Assembly (NCBI GenBank): GCA_050179755.1
Contig: JBFXEV010000001.1
Span: 9,994 to 73,993, forward strand
Reading direction: 5' to 3'
Length of the DNA stretch: 64,000 bases
From: Candidatus Babeliales bacterium
GTDB lineage: Bacteria; Babelota; Babeliae; Babelales; JBFXEV01
The notes beneath the pieces were generated by a model. It saw only the letters and a list, made by a program, of their open reading frames with translations. It had not been told where the DNA came from and searched no databases. The position numbers were made by a program, and so were the translations under genes. Positions 20,671 to 30,261 of the stretch are shown in pieces (position 1 is the first letter of the stretch; each line of letters opens with the position of its first letter).

Positions 20671-20751
20671 ACACTAAAGTTTCCATAGCTATGAGTGAAA
20701 TTAAAAAATTATAGAAAAAGTATACCCTAAATAGGGCCAGAAAGGAATCCC

Positions 20752-21954
20752 ATGAGTGGAACACAAACTGAAAAAATAGGATTAGCAGTTGCCATTATTG
20801 TAGGCATGAATGCCATGATTGGCGCCGGTATTTTTGCCGTTCCTGCTGCTCTTGCTACTTCAGTTGGCCCAGCAGGGATTCTTACCTATGCATTTGTTAT
20901 TGCAGCTGTCTGGTGTATGGCTCATTCACTTGCACGGCTTGCATCGCTCTACCCAGAAGAAGGATCATTTTACGTCTATGCAAAGCAATGGGGCGGCCAT
21001 GCTATGGGCCTTATTGCCACTGGTGCTTACTTGCTTGGCTTAACAATTGCTATGGGCCTACTAACGCAAGTAGTAGGCGCTTATTTGCATCACGCATTCC
21101 CTCTTTTGACCTGCATGCAGTGGGGAGCTCTCGCGCTCTTTTTACTTGTGCTACTTAATAGTATGGGCGTAGTGCTTTCTGAAATTGGTCAAATAATATT
21201 GATTTGCTGCACCGTATTCCCTATTATAACTACCACGCTTTTATGTTTGAATCATGCCAATTTTGATAATCTTACCCCTTTCATGCCATATGGTATTAAA
21301 AACTTATTCTCTGCAACGCGCGCTGTTATTTTTGGATTCTTTGGTTTTGAATGCGCAGCATCGCTCTTTGCAGTTGTTAAAGATCCGCAGCGTAATGTAC
21401 CGAAAGCTCTTACGTATGCTATTGTAATTGTTGGCGCGTTATATCTTTTGTTTGTAGCATCGCTCATTCTTGCAGTGCCATTGCACCTATTTGCCGATCC
21501 GAATATGCCATTACCTAAAATTCTTGCCAACATGTTCCCCAACAATACGTGGCTACTCTATGGAATTCATGCTGCAATACTTTCAGCTACCATTGGTACG
21601 CTGCATTCTATGATTTGGTCTTCCGGCGCTTTATTACTTGCTTTTATGAAACATTTTAAAAATCCTACCGTACATCGCTTAATCACAAGTGGACGTTTTG
21701 GCGCACGCGAAGCGGTTATTTTTATGGGTTCATGTATTGCAGTTAGTTTTTTAGTCTTAAGTAAACCAAATTTATTTTTTAGCTTAACGGCTTTAGGGAT
21801 TGTATTTGCATTTGTAAGCTCCATGATCACCTTACTTGTAAAGCATACAAAATCATGGTGGGATAAAGAAACAATTATTACTATCATTGGTATTGCAACG
21901 GCCTTTGTAATCATGGCTTTCGCCATTGAAGGAGTAATAGAAGCCATTTGTTAA
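20752..21954 (+). CDS. APC-family amino acid/polyamine permease
   Basis: MIGAGIF in TM1, GFFGFE in TM6, VKDPQRNVPKA; multi-pass membrane protein. Confidence 0.9.
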   Translation: MSGTQTEKIGLAVAIIVGMNAMIGAGIFAVPAALATSVGPAGILTYAFVIAAVWCMAHSLARLASLYPEEGSFYVYAKQWGGHAMGLIATGAYLLGLTIAMGLLTQVVGAYLHHAFPLLTCMQWGALALFLLVLLNSMGVVLSEIGQIILICCTVFPIITTTLLCLNHANFDNLTPFMPYGIKNLFSATRAVIFGFFGFECAASLFAVVKDPQRNVPKALTYAIVIVGALYLLFVASLILAVPLHLFADPNMPLPKILANMFPNNTWLLYGIHAAILSATIGTLHSMIWSSGALLLAFMKHFKNPTVHRLITSGRFGAREAVIFMGSCIAVSFLVLSKPNLFFSLTALGIVFAFVSSMITLLVKHTKSWWDKETIITIIGIATAFVIMAFAIEGVIEAIC

Positions 21955-22055
21955 ATACACAACCAGATTGTGTATTTTGAAGAATAATGGTATATCTTAA
22001 ACAAGCAACTTATTTCTACTTTGCAAATTTGTGATGACAGCAAAAAAGGATACTT

Positions 22056-23855
22056 ATGAAACGACTTGCAATTATAGTGTTGGGATTCTTTATCGCCTTC
22101 AATAGCCCATTGATTGCAGAAATTATTACCACACTACAAAAGAATGACCCTGCGCCATTATGGAGCACTTATTTTCCACTCGATTTTTTACTTGCAGGCC
22201 GTAAAGGATATTATAAAGGCGTAGTACGCGAAAATTTTCCAGAAACATTTTCATTAGCGATTTCACCTTTTTATCAAAAAGCAAGTAGAGGTAGAACCTT
22301 TCAAAACGAACGCGTACCGCTCAGCGATCTTGAAGGCAGATGGAACATGCTTGGTTTATTATATGGTGGCATACCGGCAGAAGTAAGTGCATTACTTGGT
22401 ACCGGCGTGCCAAGCCCTCTACAACTTGGAAATGCAAAAGCTGCAATATTTAGTGATTTGCCCGCGCTTCCCAATACTATCATTGATAATAGAAATCCTA
22501 ACACACAACGGTATTTACTTGATGATGTATGTAAACGCGTTGGCTATCTTTCTGTTCCGTTCCGTTACCGCAAAACAGGTTTACGCTTTGAACTTCAATT
22601 ACAACCACTCTTTGATTTTGGAATCACCATACGTGGTGGTGTTGCTGAAATAAAACAAACATACACAAAAATTTTCAATCGCATACCACATACTGATGTT
22701 TGTTGTACTGATGTTACGTGCACAACATCACGTGTAGTGCGCACCGTTGAATGCTGCCCTATTCGTGTTGACACAGCACGTATCCCTCCAGAATTTCTTG
22801 AAAGTATTTCTATCATCCCCGCCCTACAACCGAATGATGGATGCTCTACACTTGCAACATGCACACCACGTTATGCTGCCATTAATGAACAACTGATGAC
22901 GCAAGAAAATTTTGAACGCATCTTTGAAGAAATTTGTCTTGATCCATGCAACTTCCGCGATACCTCTGTGGAAGACACTTATATTAGTGTATGGTTCCGC
23001 CATGCGTTCCCCATAAATATTTGGGGAAACGGCCAAGCAGATGCCTATGGCAATGGTAGATTAACAAACTGTACCGCCTGTTCGGGTAATAGAAGCGATG
23101 CTATCTATACGCAAGATGTTGATACGCGAGACCCACTTTCATATCATGCAGATTATGGATGCGGTGATTTATGTGCCGATACTTCTTATTGTTATGATTA
23201 TTCTGCATTCTTATTTATACCGTTTGTATCATTTAACGTGAGCTTGCCTACCGCCAAAAAATTAGACCGCAATAAACTCTTTGCGCTGCCCTTTGGCAAT
23301 GATGGCCATAAAGGTATTGGTATGGATGCAGGCTTTGATTTTGACTTTTATGAAACAATAGAGTTTGGCATGGAAGCAGGCGTGATGTATTGGGATTGCC
23401 GTGAAATTAGTTCCTTACTTAATTGTTCGGAAAATGGTCAATGTGAAAACCGTTGGTTTAGAGGCATGCGTTTGCCAACCCAGCAATTACAAAGCGGCGT
23501 GTTTCCTTTTGCAACTACTGTGCAGAGAAAACCCGGCACTAACTACCATTTTAGCATAGTCTTAAGCGCCTTTAGGTTCCTATGTAACCTTTCAGGCTTT
23601 GCTCAATATGTGTTTATTTCACACGCAGAAGACAAGCTCTTTATACCAAATCCCGAGGTAAATAACCCAGGTGATATATTTAGGGTTCGTCAGGCAGAAT
23701 GTCTTTCTAAGTTTGAATCACAGGTATTTAATACTGGGTTAAATTACGAAATTGGCGATAACTTTAGCCTTGGCTTCTTGGTGCAGTGGCCTGTAGCACA
23801 GCGTAATGCATACCGTAGCACTACGTATATGGGATCACTGAGAATGATATTTTGA
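22056..23855 (+). CDS. Putative outer-membrane beta-barrel protein, paralog of 3445..5238
   Basis: Signal peptide; LPTAK...LPFGNDGH matches FPTGK...QPLGNNRH of the paralog; Cys-rich loops; C-terminus YMGSLRMIF. Confidence 0.65.
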   Translation: MKRLAIIVLGFFIAFNSPLIAEIITTLQKNDPAPLWSTYFPLDFLLAGRKGYYKGVVRENFPETFSLAISPFYQKASRGRTFQNERVPLSDLEGRWNMLGLLYGGIPAEVSALLGTGVPSPLQLGNAKAAIFSDLPALPNTIIDNRNPNTQRYLLDDVCKRVGYLSVPFRYRKTGLRFELQLQPLFDFGITIRGGVAEIKQTYTKIFNRIPHTDVCCTDVTCTTSRVVRTVECCPIRVDTARIPPEFLESISIIPALQPNDGCSTLATCTPRYAAINEQLMTQENFERIFEEICLDPCNFRDTSVEDTYISVWFRHAFPINIWGNGQADAYGNGRLTNCTACSGNRSDAIYTQDVDTRDPLSYHADYGCGDLCADTSYCYDYSAFLFIPFVSFNVSLPTAKKLDRNKLFALPFGNDGHKGIGMDAGFDFDFYETIEFGMEAGVMYWDCREISSLLNCSENGQCENRWFRGMRLPTQQLQSGVFPFATTVQRKPGTNYHFSIVLSAFRFLCNLSGFAQYVFISHAEDKLFIPNPEVNNPGDIFRVRQAECLSKFESQVFNTGLNYEIGDNFSLGFLVQWPVAQRNAYRSTTYMGSLRMIF

Positions 23856-24007
23856 CCTGTCCGCTGGCCGCGCCCGCCGTAGCTTTATGCAAAGGCTGGG
23901 AGCATGCCAAGCCGAAGGCCTGGACCTGCGTAGTAGGAACCTGTCCGGCGTAGCTCGATACAACCCGTCATTTTCTTTCGAAAATTTCGGGTCACTCGGG
24001 ATGAGCG
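23855..24007. repeat. GC-rich cluster of REP-like palindromic remnants
   Basis: acctgtccg occurs twice; gcccgccgtagctttatgcaaaggctggg forms a hairpin; tcgataca...ttttctttcgaaaa...cactcggg matches the reverse complement of 60690-60727. Confidence 0.5.
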
Positions 24008-24118
24008 ATGGAATTTGGAGGGATGCATAAGAGAATTGATTTTCCCCAGGAATTAGGCTATAATCGTATGGTATCTATAGTATAGGTGTAAATTAACTTA
24101 AAATAAGGCTATAATTTG

Positions 24119-24334
24119 ATGAGTAAACGTAAACCGAACGTACAAGTTCAGGTAACTTCAGACAATATTGAACGAACTATCCGTAAATTCAAAAAAATGC
24201 TTGAACGCGAAGGCGTTACTCGTGATATCAAACGCGGTGTTTACTTTGAACCTGTGACTCAGAAAAAGCGCAAACGCCTTATGCGCGCTATCAAATTGAA
24301 CTATATCCGTATGGCAAACCAGCACCTTATTTAA
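24119..24334 (+). CDS. rpsU: 30S ribosomal protein S21
   Basis: DNIERTIRKFKK..EREGV..DIKR..YFEP...KRKR pattern. Confidence 0.85.
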   Translation: MSKRKPNVQVQVTSDNIERTIRKFKKMLEREGVTRDIKRGVYFEPVTQKKRKRLMRAIKLNYIRMANQHLI

Positions 24335-24354
24335 GTATTTGGTTCTCATACCCT

Positions 24355-24723
24355 ATGTCAACGCCAGTAAGCGATATCAAAAAAGCTCAAAAAGAAAAAA
24401 TCATCCAACGAGAAGTTGCAACCCTTTTTATGGAAGCAGCGCAAGATGATCCTGAACTTGCTGGCATTATGGTCACGCGCGTAGAGCTTACCCCCGATAA
24501 AGGCATGTGCTATATATACATGTATGTTGATGGTGGCCTTGCTACTTTTAAAGAAAAACTCAAATACCTCAAATTATTTAAACCTTCTCTGCGAAAGTCT
24601 TTGGCTGACGCATTAAAATTCAGATACACCCCGGATCTTACCTTTGCCTTTGATTCTCAGTATGAAAAAGAGATGGAAATTAACAATCTCTTTGAAACGT
24701 TAAAGGAAAAAGGAGAATTATAA
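24355..24723 (+). CDS. rbfA: Ribosome-binding factor A
   Basis: DPEL.GIMVTRVELTPD and LKFRYTPDLTFAFD. Confidence 0.9.
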   Translation: MSTPVSDIKKAQKEKIIQREVATLFMEAAQDDPELAGIMVTRVELTPDKGMCYIYMYVDGGLATFKEKLKYLKLFKPSLRKSLADALKFRYTPDLTFAFDSQYEKEMEINNLFETLKEKGEL

Positions 24724-25478
24724 TTCTTACTTTTATAGCACCTTACGTACTAACATTAGGGGGATCGTTACTTACTCGATTTGGCAACTCACTTATTACG
24801 GGCGCATCCTATAAAGAACTATCACTTTGTGATAATTGCACAACTCCTTGCTCTTTATTAAATAACATACCTCTATTTTCATGGATACAACAAAAAGGTA
24901 TTTGTTCAAACTGCAAAAAACCGTTGAGTTTCCTTTACTTACTAATACCTATCATAACTACTGCGGCTTTTTATCTGTTACTGCATTATATACCGGCACC
25001 TTATCAAGGCGCCTATAGCTTCTTTTATGCTGCTTTACTTATTACCATATTTACCGATGCACGCTATATGCTCATCTCTCGATTTGTAACAGTATATTTA
25101 CTACCAATTCCGGTACTCTTAAGTCTTTTAAAACTTCTACCACTTACACCACATCAAGTAATGCTTGGTGCGCTTTCTGGTTATTTTGTACTTACCGGAA
25201 TTTCTTATATATTTTCGCACCTTATGAAAAAACAAGGCATGGGGCAAGGTGATATAGATTTACTTTGTTTTATTGGCGCATTTCTAGGAGTTGGTGGTTG
25301 GTGGATTAGTTTACTGATCGCATCGTGCGTGGGGTCTGTTATTGGCATTCCTTATTTACTAATTACAAAACAAGACAAACAAACACGAATTCCATTTGGT
25401 CCATTCTTGGCACTGGGCGCAATGATCTACACCTTGTGGGGTGATATATTATTTGCGTTGCTTTTCCCTACTTTTTAA
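24720..25478 (+). CDS. pilD: Prepilin peptidase (A24) with N-terminal Zn-binding domain; non-canonical start
   Basis: The track ORF (TTG 24924) carries IFTD and MGQGDIDL aspartates and IPFGPFL. The same open frame upstream encodes SLCDNC...NIPLFSW...GICSNC back to ATA/ATT at 24717-24725, after an AGGAG SD. Confidence 0.85.
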   Translation: MILTFIAPYVLTLGGSLLTRFGNSLITGASYKELSLCDNCTTPCSLLNNIPLFSWIQQKGICSNCKKPLSFLYLLIPIITTAAFYLLLHYIPAPYQGAYSFFYAALLITIFTDARYMLISRFVTVYLLPIPVLLSLLKLLPLTPHQVMLGALSGYFVLTGISYIFSHLMKKQGMGQGDIDLLCFIGAFLGVGGWWISLLIASCVGSVIGIPYLLITKQDKQTRIPFGPFLALGAMIYTLWGDILFALLFPTF

Positions 25479-25553
25479 AGAAAATCATCAAGCACTCTCT
25501 AGCGGATAATAAATCGAGAAATTATATCTTAAAAAAACCAATTATTTTCTCTG

Positions 25554-26219
25554 CTATTTAAGTTTACTCACCTCTTTTTGGCTCTGCAGCAGGATCACTT
25601 TTTCTGCAAGTGATGAATCAAGCATTCTGCGTAAAACATCAGGCCTACATCCCCTTTGTGCAAAATAATCTAAAAAAGTGTATCCAGCATTATCTTTTGC
25701 CTCTGTAGGCACACCAAATTCAATAAGCTTTGTGGTAAAATCTTGTATATAATTGACGCAATGATTGTTAGAATTGCGTGCCATTACATGAAGCGCGGTA
25801 CGGCCTTGCCTATCGACCGCCTTGGGGTCAACACCCATCTTACGGTATTCATCTAACCATTCAAGGGGCATATCTTCAACATGCTTATTTTTTCGATAGC
25901 ATGCCATCAAATGGAAAACGGTTCCATATTCATTATTTGATTTCCACGAAAAATCCTCTTTACGCACTCGCAAAAATCTCCGCATCTTGTCTTTAGGTGG
26001 CTGATTGCGTTTTGCATTTCTAAGCGCTTGAGCATCAAAAATTGATACACCAAATTCCTGCGCTTCATCGATTGTTGTTTGACGTATAGGCCACCAATCA
26101 CCATCATGCCAAATGGTCACAAATTCTTCTTTTTTTTGAGGAACTTGATCCATGGCTTGGAATAGTGATAGTTGGCACAATAAACATATATGCAACACAT
26201 ACAATAACTTTTTAATCAA
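25554..26219 (-). CDS. Secreted ankyrin-repeat protein
   Basis: Signal peptide; GTVFHLMA, DRQGRTALHVMA and DNAGYTFLDY ankyrin-like units. Confidence 0.75.
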   Translation of the reverse strand: MIKKLLYVLHICLLCQLSLFQAMDQVPQKKEEFVTIWHDGDWWPIRQTTIDEAQEFGVSIFDAQALRNAKRNQPPKDKMRRFLRVRKEDFSWKSNNEYGTVFHLMACYRKNKHVEDMPLEWLDEYRKMGVDPKAVDRQGRTALHVMARNSNNHCVNYIQDFTTKLIEFGVPTEAKDNAGYTFLDYFAQRGCRPDVLRRMLDSSLAEKVILLQSQKEVSKLK

Positions 26220-26348
26220 ATGAACACTCCCATATGATAAATTGACTTAGACATGCTTTCAAATAATGTACTAAGAATCAGCAAAATTACCAAATCAAAA
26301 TAATTTCACCTTCTAGACAATATTAACCTTCTAAAAGAAAAATGAAAC

Positions 26349-26387
26349 GTGACCTAAAGGTGAGAAAAATTCTCATCTTTAGGTCAC
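26349..26387 (-). terminator. Long hairpin downstream of the pilin gene, probable intrinsic terminator
   Basis: gtgacctaaaggtgagaa-aaa-ttctcatctttaggtcac inverted repeat, followed by T-rich sequence on the minus strand. Confidence 0.65.
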
Positions 26388-26414
26388 AAGCGAATATTAT
26401 GGTATAAAAAAGTA

Positions 26415-26903
26415 TTAACTTAGATCATCTTTTAAAATTTTAATATCATGCTGATCATTCACGGTAATCACATCAGCCTCTCCATCACCATCAATATCAC
26501 CTGCAGCCGCTGCAACAAAACGCGTAGCATTTGCCGTGGTACCTTGCAAGCTTGATGCTGCCGTTTCTAATTTACCGGTAAAATGATGCGAGCCTTCTTG
26601 GCCTTGCGCAAACCCATACGTATAATAAAAACGCTCATCAGCACCGCCGCCAGTATACCCTTCTGGTGCCCAGCCAATGCCCCCAGCACCTTTGAGCACA
26701 GAAGAATAAGCGCCAGTTTCTGCCCAATGCGATTTTTGTGCAACGTAAAGTGAGCCTAAGTTCATGTATGCTTCTGCACGTTTTGCTTTGGCAAGAAATT
26801 TAAAAAAACTTGGAATAGAAACCATTGATAAGAACGCCACAATGGCAACAACAATCATTAATTCAATTAATGTAAAACCTGAGCATACACTTTTTTGCTT
26901 CAT
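26415..26903 (-). CDS. Type IV pilin
   Basis: Class III signal G|FTLIELMIVVAIVAFL, AKRAEA helix and a C-terminal GDIDGDGEAD loop. Confidence 0.9.
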   Translation of the reverse strand: MKQKSVCSGFTLIELMIVVAIVAFLSMVSIPSFFKFLAKAKRAEAYMNLGSLYVAQKSHWAETGAYSSVLKGAGGIGWAPEGYTGGGADERFYYTYGFAQGQEGSHHFTGKLETAASSLQGTTANATRFVAAAAGDIDGDGEADVITVNDQHDIKILKDDLS

Positions 26904-26957
26904 AACCCATCTCCCCTTGCTATAACCCCTCCATCTGTTAGTAGAGCATAAGAAGCT

Positions 26958-27605
26958 CTACTTGGTCAAGGGTTTTAGAAACGGCGCTCCATATAATGCT
27001 TCTAGTTCATTAATTGCATACGCGCCCTCGCGCACTACACGTACCTGAACTTGCGTGCAATCAAGAATAGTAGAGGGGATTACTTGTTTTTTTTCTGATT
27101 CGTCTGTCACAACGCATGCGACTGCTTGAAGAATCTTGGGATCAATATCGCTTACCGTTTCTGGAATTGGTTGACCATGTAAATTAGCACTCGTTGAAAA
27201 TAAGCCCGACATATCTTTAAGAATATCTAATAATCCTGCATGTTGTGGCACTCTCAATGCCACAGTGCCATCGGGCCCCTTTACATAAGAAGGCAATGAT
27301 TCCCTTGCCTTAAAAATTAAGGTTACTGGCCCTGGCCAGCAAGAATCTATCATGCGCTGAAGCCCTGCACTTAAAGGCAGATCAATAAAGTGATTAAGCT
27401 TGCTCTTATCTGCCATTACTATTAAATAAGGCTTATTCTCCCTTTGTTTCAGGCTGTCAAGTTTTTTGAACCCTTCCAGGGTTACAGGCGCTAAAAAACC
27501 AAGAACCGTATCGGATGAGGTAATCGCAATGCTGCCATGAGCCAAAGAGTGTGCCAAAGTGGCTCTAGATGCAGGTTTAGACCAGGTAAGAAATCTTGGA
27601 GACAT
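26958..27605 (-). CDS. tsaC: L-threonylcarbamoyladenylate synthase (TsaC/Sua5/YrdC)
   Basis: SDTVLG, K.R..KP, WPGPVT, VALRVP, STSAN, PSTILD and REGA. Confidence 0.9.
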   Translation of the reverse strand: MSPRFLTWSKPASRATLAHSLAHGSIAITSSDTVLGFLAPVTLEGFKKLDSLKQRENKPYLIVMADKSKLNHFIDLPLSAGLQRMIDSCWPGPVTLIFKARESLPSYVKGPDGTVALRVPQHAGLLDILKDMSGLFSTSANLHGQPIPETVSDIDPKILQAVACVVTDESEKKQVIPSTILDCTQVQVRVVREGAYAINELEALYGAPFLKPLTK

Positions 27606-27803
27606 TTTTAATCTTTTGTAAATAAAGTGATAGAGATTATACGCTATTATTCAATGATTGACATTTTTATAATATAACGTATATTTAATAGTAAGTCATC
27701 TGGTGCCTATTTGCACTATGATCCAGGGTAAAACAGCAAAGCGCATGTTACCCAGTTATCATAACAAAAGGTACTCAATTGAAGAAAAAGCATCAAACTG
27801 GAG

Positions 27804-29231
27804 ATGGACATGATCGACACAAATAAGCGTAAAGAATCAACGCGTACCTCTGACCTTGGCTCGCAACGTAGTTATAACGACGTTGTTGAATTTCTGAATG
27901 CCAATTGGTCGGCCGAACGTACCGATAAAAAATTAACTACTATCAAGCAACTTGATAAAGCACTTGGTTATCCCTCAAAAGCTACCAATGCAATTCTTGT
28001 AGCTGGTACCAATGGTAAAAGTTTAACTATTAACTTTGCCACACAGCTTCTAAAAGAAGAAGGCCTTTCAGTAGGTGCGCTTTATGCACCACACATACTT
28101 ACCTATAACGAGCGATTTGCAGTAGATGGCCAATCTATTGCCAATAAACAATTTACTGATATTGCAAATGAAGTCATTTCAGCTGCACATATTAATAATA
28201 TTGCTGCAGATACACAAGATATGCTCGTTGCAATTGCTTTGCTTTATTTTAAAGAACAAAAAGTTGATGTTGCCTTCTTAGAAGTAGCAGCTAACAGTGT
28301 ATGCGATCCGGTTAATATTTGCGCTCCAAAAGTTCTTGCTATTACGCGTATTACTGATGATCAAATAGATTTACAAGATCTGAGCGTTGCTGCATGGATT
28401 GACCGCTTAACTGAAATGGTGCAACCAGGCACGTGGGTGGCATCTGCTGATCAAAGCAAATTGAACTTACAAGTGGTCCTTAAAAATGTAAGTGAACGTG
28501 GCGGCCAATGGGGCATGCCAATTAGAAAATTAGCACCTTTAGGTTATCCTTTTGAACAATTACATGGCCGTTGTGCAGCACTTGCTGAGCGAATTTGCCA
28601 ATTGTACATCGATAACTATGTAACAAATGATTCAATTATTGTATCGGACAGCCTTCTTGCAAAAGAAAAAGGCCGCCGTGGTCGACCAACGCTTGAGGCA
28701 AAACGCCAAGCGGAATTGAATCCAAAGAAAACTATTGATCAATACTGGCGTGACGTGGTGAGCACGTTGCCAGGTAGATTCCAAATTCTTTCAAAAGAAA
28801 AACCAACTATATTACTTGATAACGCATGCAATATTGATGCGCTCAAAAATTTATTCTTAGGCATTCGCTTGCTCCATTATCAACGCCCACTTAAAGGTAT
28901 TACTTTTATTTTGGCTTGCGATAAAGACAGCATGCATACGGAAGAGTTTTTACGTGCGTTACGTTACTTTGCAAAAAAGAATACTACAAATGTGGTCTTT
29001 TGCCCTCTTGAAAACCAAATTGCTGGTGTACACGAAAATTCATGGGACGTTGAGCAAATAACTAATGATGTAAAAACATTAAAAATCAAGGCTCGTTCTG
29101 CAAAATCATTTGATGATGCATTTGAAATGGCAAAGAAATCTGTAGATGAACGGCAAGGACTGGTGGTTATTACCGGCTCTAAATCAATCATTGCACAATT
29201 CTGGCATCACAAAGGCATCAAGAAGTTCTAA
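27804..29231 (+). CDS. Divergent FolC/Mur-ligase-family protein
   Basis: VAGTNGKS P-loop, PH..YNERF, LPGRFQ, LLDNACN (for DGAHN) and VITGS. Confidence 0.75.
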   Translation: MDMIDTNKRKESTRTSDLGSQRSYNDVVEFLNANWSAERTDKKLTTIKQLDKALGYPSKATNAILVAGTNGKSLTINFATQLLKEEGLSVGALYAPHILTYNERFAVDGQSIANKQFTDIANEVISAAHINNIAADTQDMLVAIALLYFKEQKVDVAFLEVAANSVCDPVNICAPKVLAITRITDDQIDLQDLSVAAWIDRLTEMVQPGTWVASADQSKLNLQVVLKNVSERGGQWGMPIRKLAPLGYPFEQLHGRCAALAERICQLYIDNYVTNDSIIVSDSLLAKEKGRRGRPTLEAKRQAELNPKKTIDQYWRDVVSTLPGRFQILSKEKPTILLDNACNIDALKNLFLGIRLLHYQRPLKGITFILACDKDSMHTEEFLRALRYFAKKNTTNVVFCPLENQIAGVHENSWDVEQITNDVKTLKIKARSAKSFDDAFEMAKKSVDERQGLVVITGSKSIIAQFWHHKGIKKF

Positions 29232-29235
29232 TTGC

Positions 29236-29550
29236 ATGATACTTGGCCCTACGCTACTATCCATGTTGATTGGTATAGTAACAGGAATATTTTATTACGG
29301 CCTTTCTTTTGTAGGAATACAAAGGAACGGCCGTTTCTATTCTCACCAAAAAACTAGGCCAACAACATTCCCCTTTTCTTACCTTTATATGTCTACCATT
29401 CGCATACTCATAATATCTTGTCTATTCTATCTAATATTGCGCTTACCACACATTAACCCTATACTAGTAGTAATAATGTTTATGTGTGCGTTCTGGTCAT
29501 TATTATTAGGTAGGGATCTTAATCTATGGAATCGTTTGACCACCTTTTAG
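29236..29550 (+). CDS. atpI: ATP synthase protein I-like membrane protein
   Basis: Small hydrophobic protein immediately before atpB. Likely ATG at 29236; the track starts at 29146. Confidence 0.55.
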   Translation: MILGPTLLSMLIGIVTGIFYYGLSFVGIQRNGRFYSHQKTRPTTFPFSYLYMSTIRILIISCLFYLILRLPHINPILVVIMFMCAFWSLLLGRDLNLWNRLTTF

Positions 29551-30257
29551 ATCCTAAAACAATCAATCTTCTTGCCCCATTTGGCATAGACAACAAATTA
29601 TTCTATGTTAATGAGGAAATAATTCTTAATACGTGGCTGGTTCTTTTCATTATACTACTACTGGTGCTTGTTTTACGGTATTATACACGAAAAAAAAGGA
29701 GCATTGGCAGGTCTATTGCTATTTCTATAGTATCGGCATTTATTGATTTAACTACAGAAACTCTTGGCGCATTCCATTATAATCATACCGTCTTTATAGG
29801 CAGCATATTTATTTTTATTCTCATATGTAACTGTATTGTGGTAATTCCTGGCGCAGATGAGCCAACGCGTGATTTAAATACTACAATCGCCCTTGGAGCA
29901 ATTTCCTTTTTATATAAAGAATATTTTTCTATTAAAGCACACGGCTTTTTGGGATATCTAAAAGAATTTACACATCCATTTGCTGTAATGTTTCCACTGA
30001 ATGTAATTGGTCATCTTTCTAAAGTTGTTTCACTCTCATTTCGGCTTTTTGGAAACATCTTTGGTGGTGCAATTATTTCCACCATCTATAAAGGATTTAT
30101 AACATCATCGATTATCTATCAACTTGCTGGCTTATTCAGTGGTCTCAATTTAATAGTACTATTATTTTTTGGTATATTTGAAGGACTTATTCAAGCCTTT
30201 GTTTTTGCAATGCTCTCACTTACCTATCTATCAATAGCGCTTCAAGGGGAAGAATAA
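29526..30257 (+). CDS. atpB: F0 ATP synthase subunit a
   Basis: PT.DLNTT, SLSFRLFGNIF with the essential Arg, and EGLIQAFVFAML. Confidence 0.95.
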   Translation: MESFDHLLDPKTINLLAPFGIDNKLFYVNEEIILNTWLVLFIILLLVLVLRYYTRKKRSIGRSIAISIVSAFIDLTTETLGAFHYNHTVFIGSIFIFILICNCIVVIPGADEPTRDLNTTIALGAISFLYKEYFSIKAHGFLGYLKEFTHPFAVMFPLNVIGHLSKVVSLSFRLFGNIFGGAIISTIYKGFITSSIIYQLAGLFSGLNLIVLLFFGIFEGLIQAFVFAMLSLTYLSIALQGEE

Positions 30258-30261
30258 AAAC

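Noticed and set aside
23855..24010. tRNA, SRP RNA or riboswitch in the GC-rich intergenic region before rpsU
   Set aside because: No cloverleaf, T-loop or recognisable Rfam motif; better explained as REP-like remnants.
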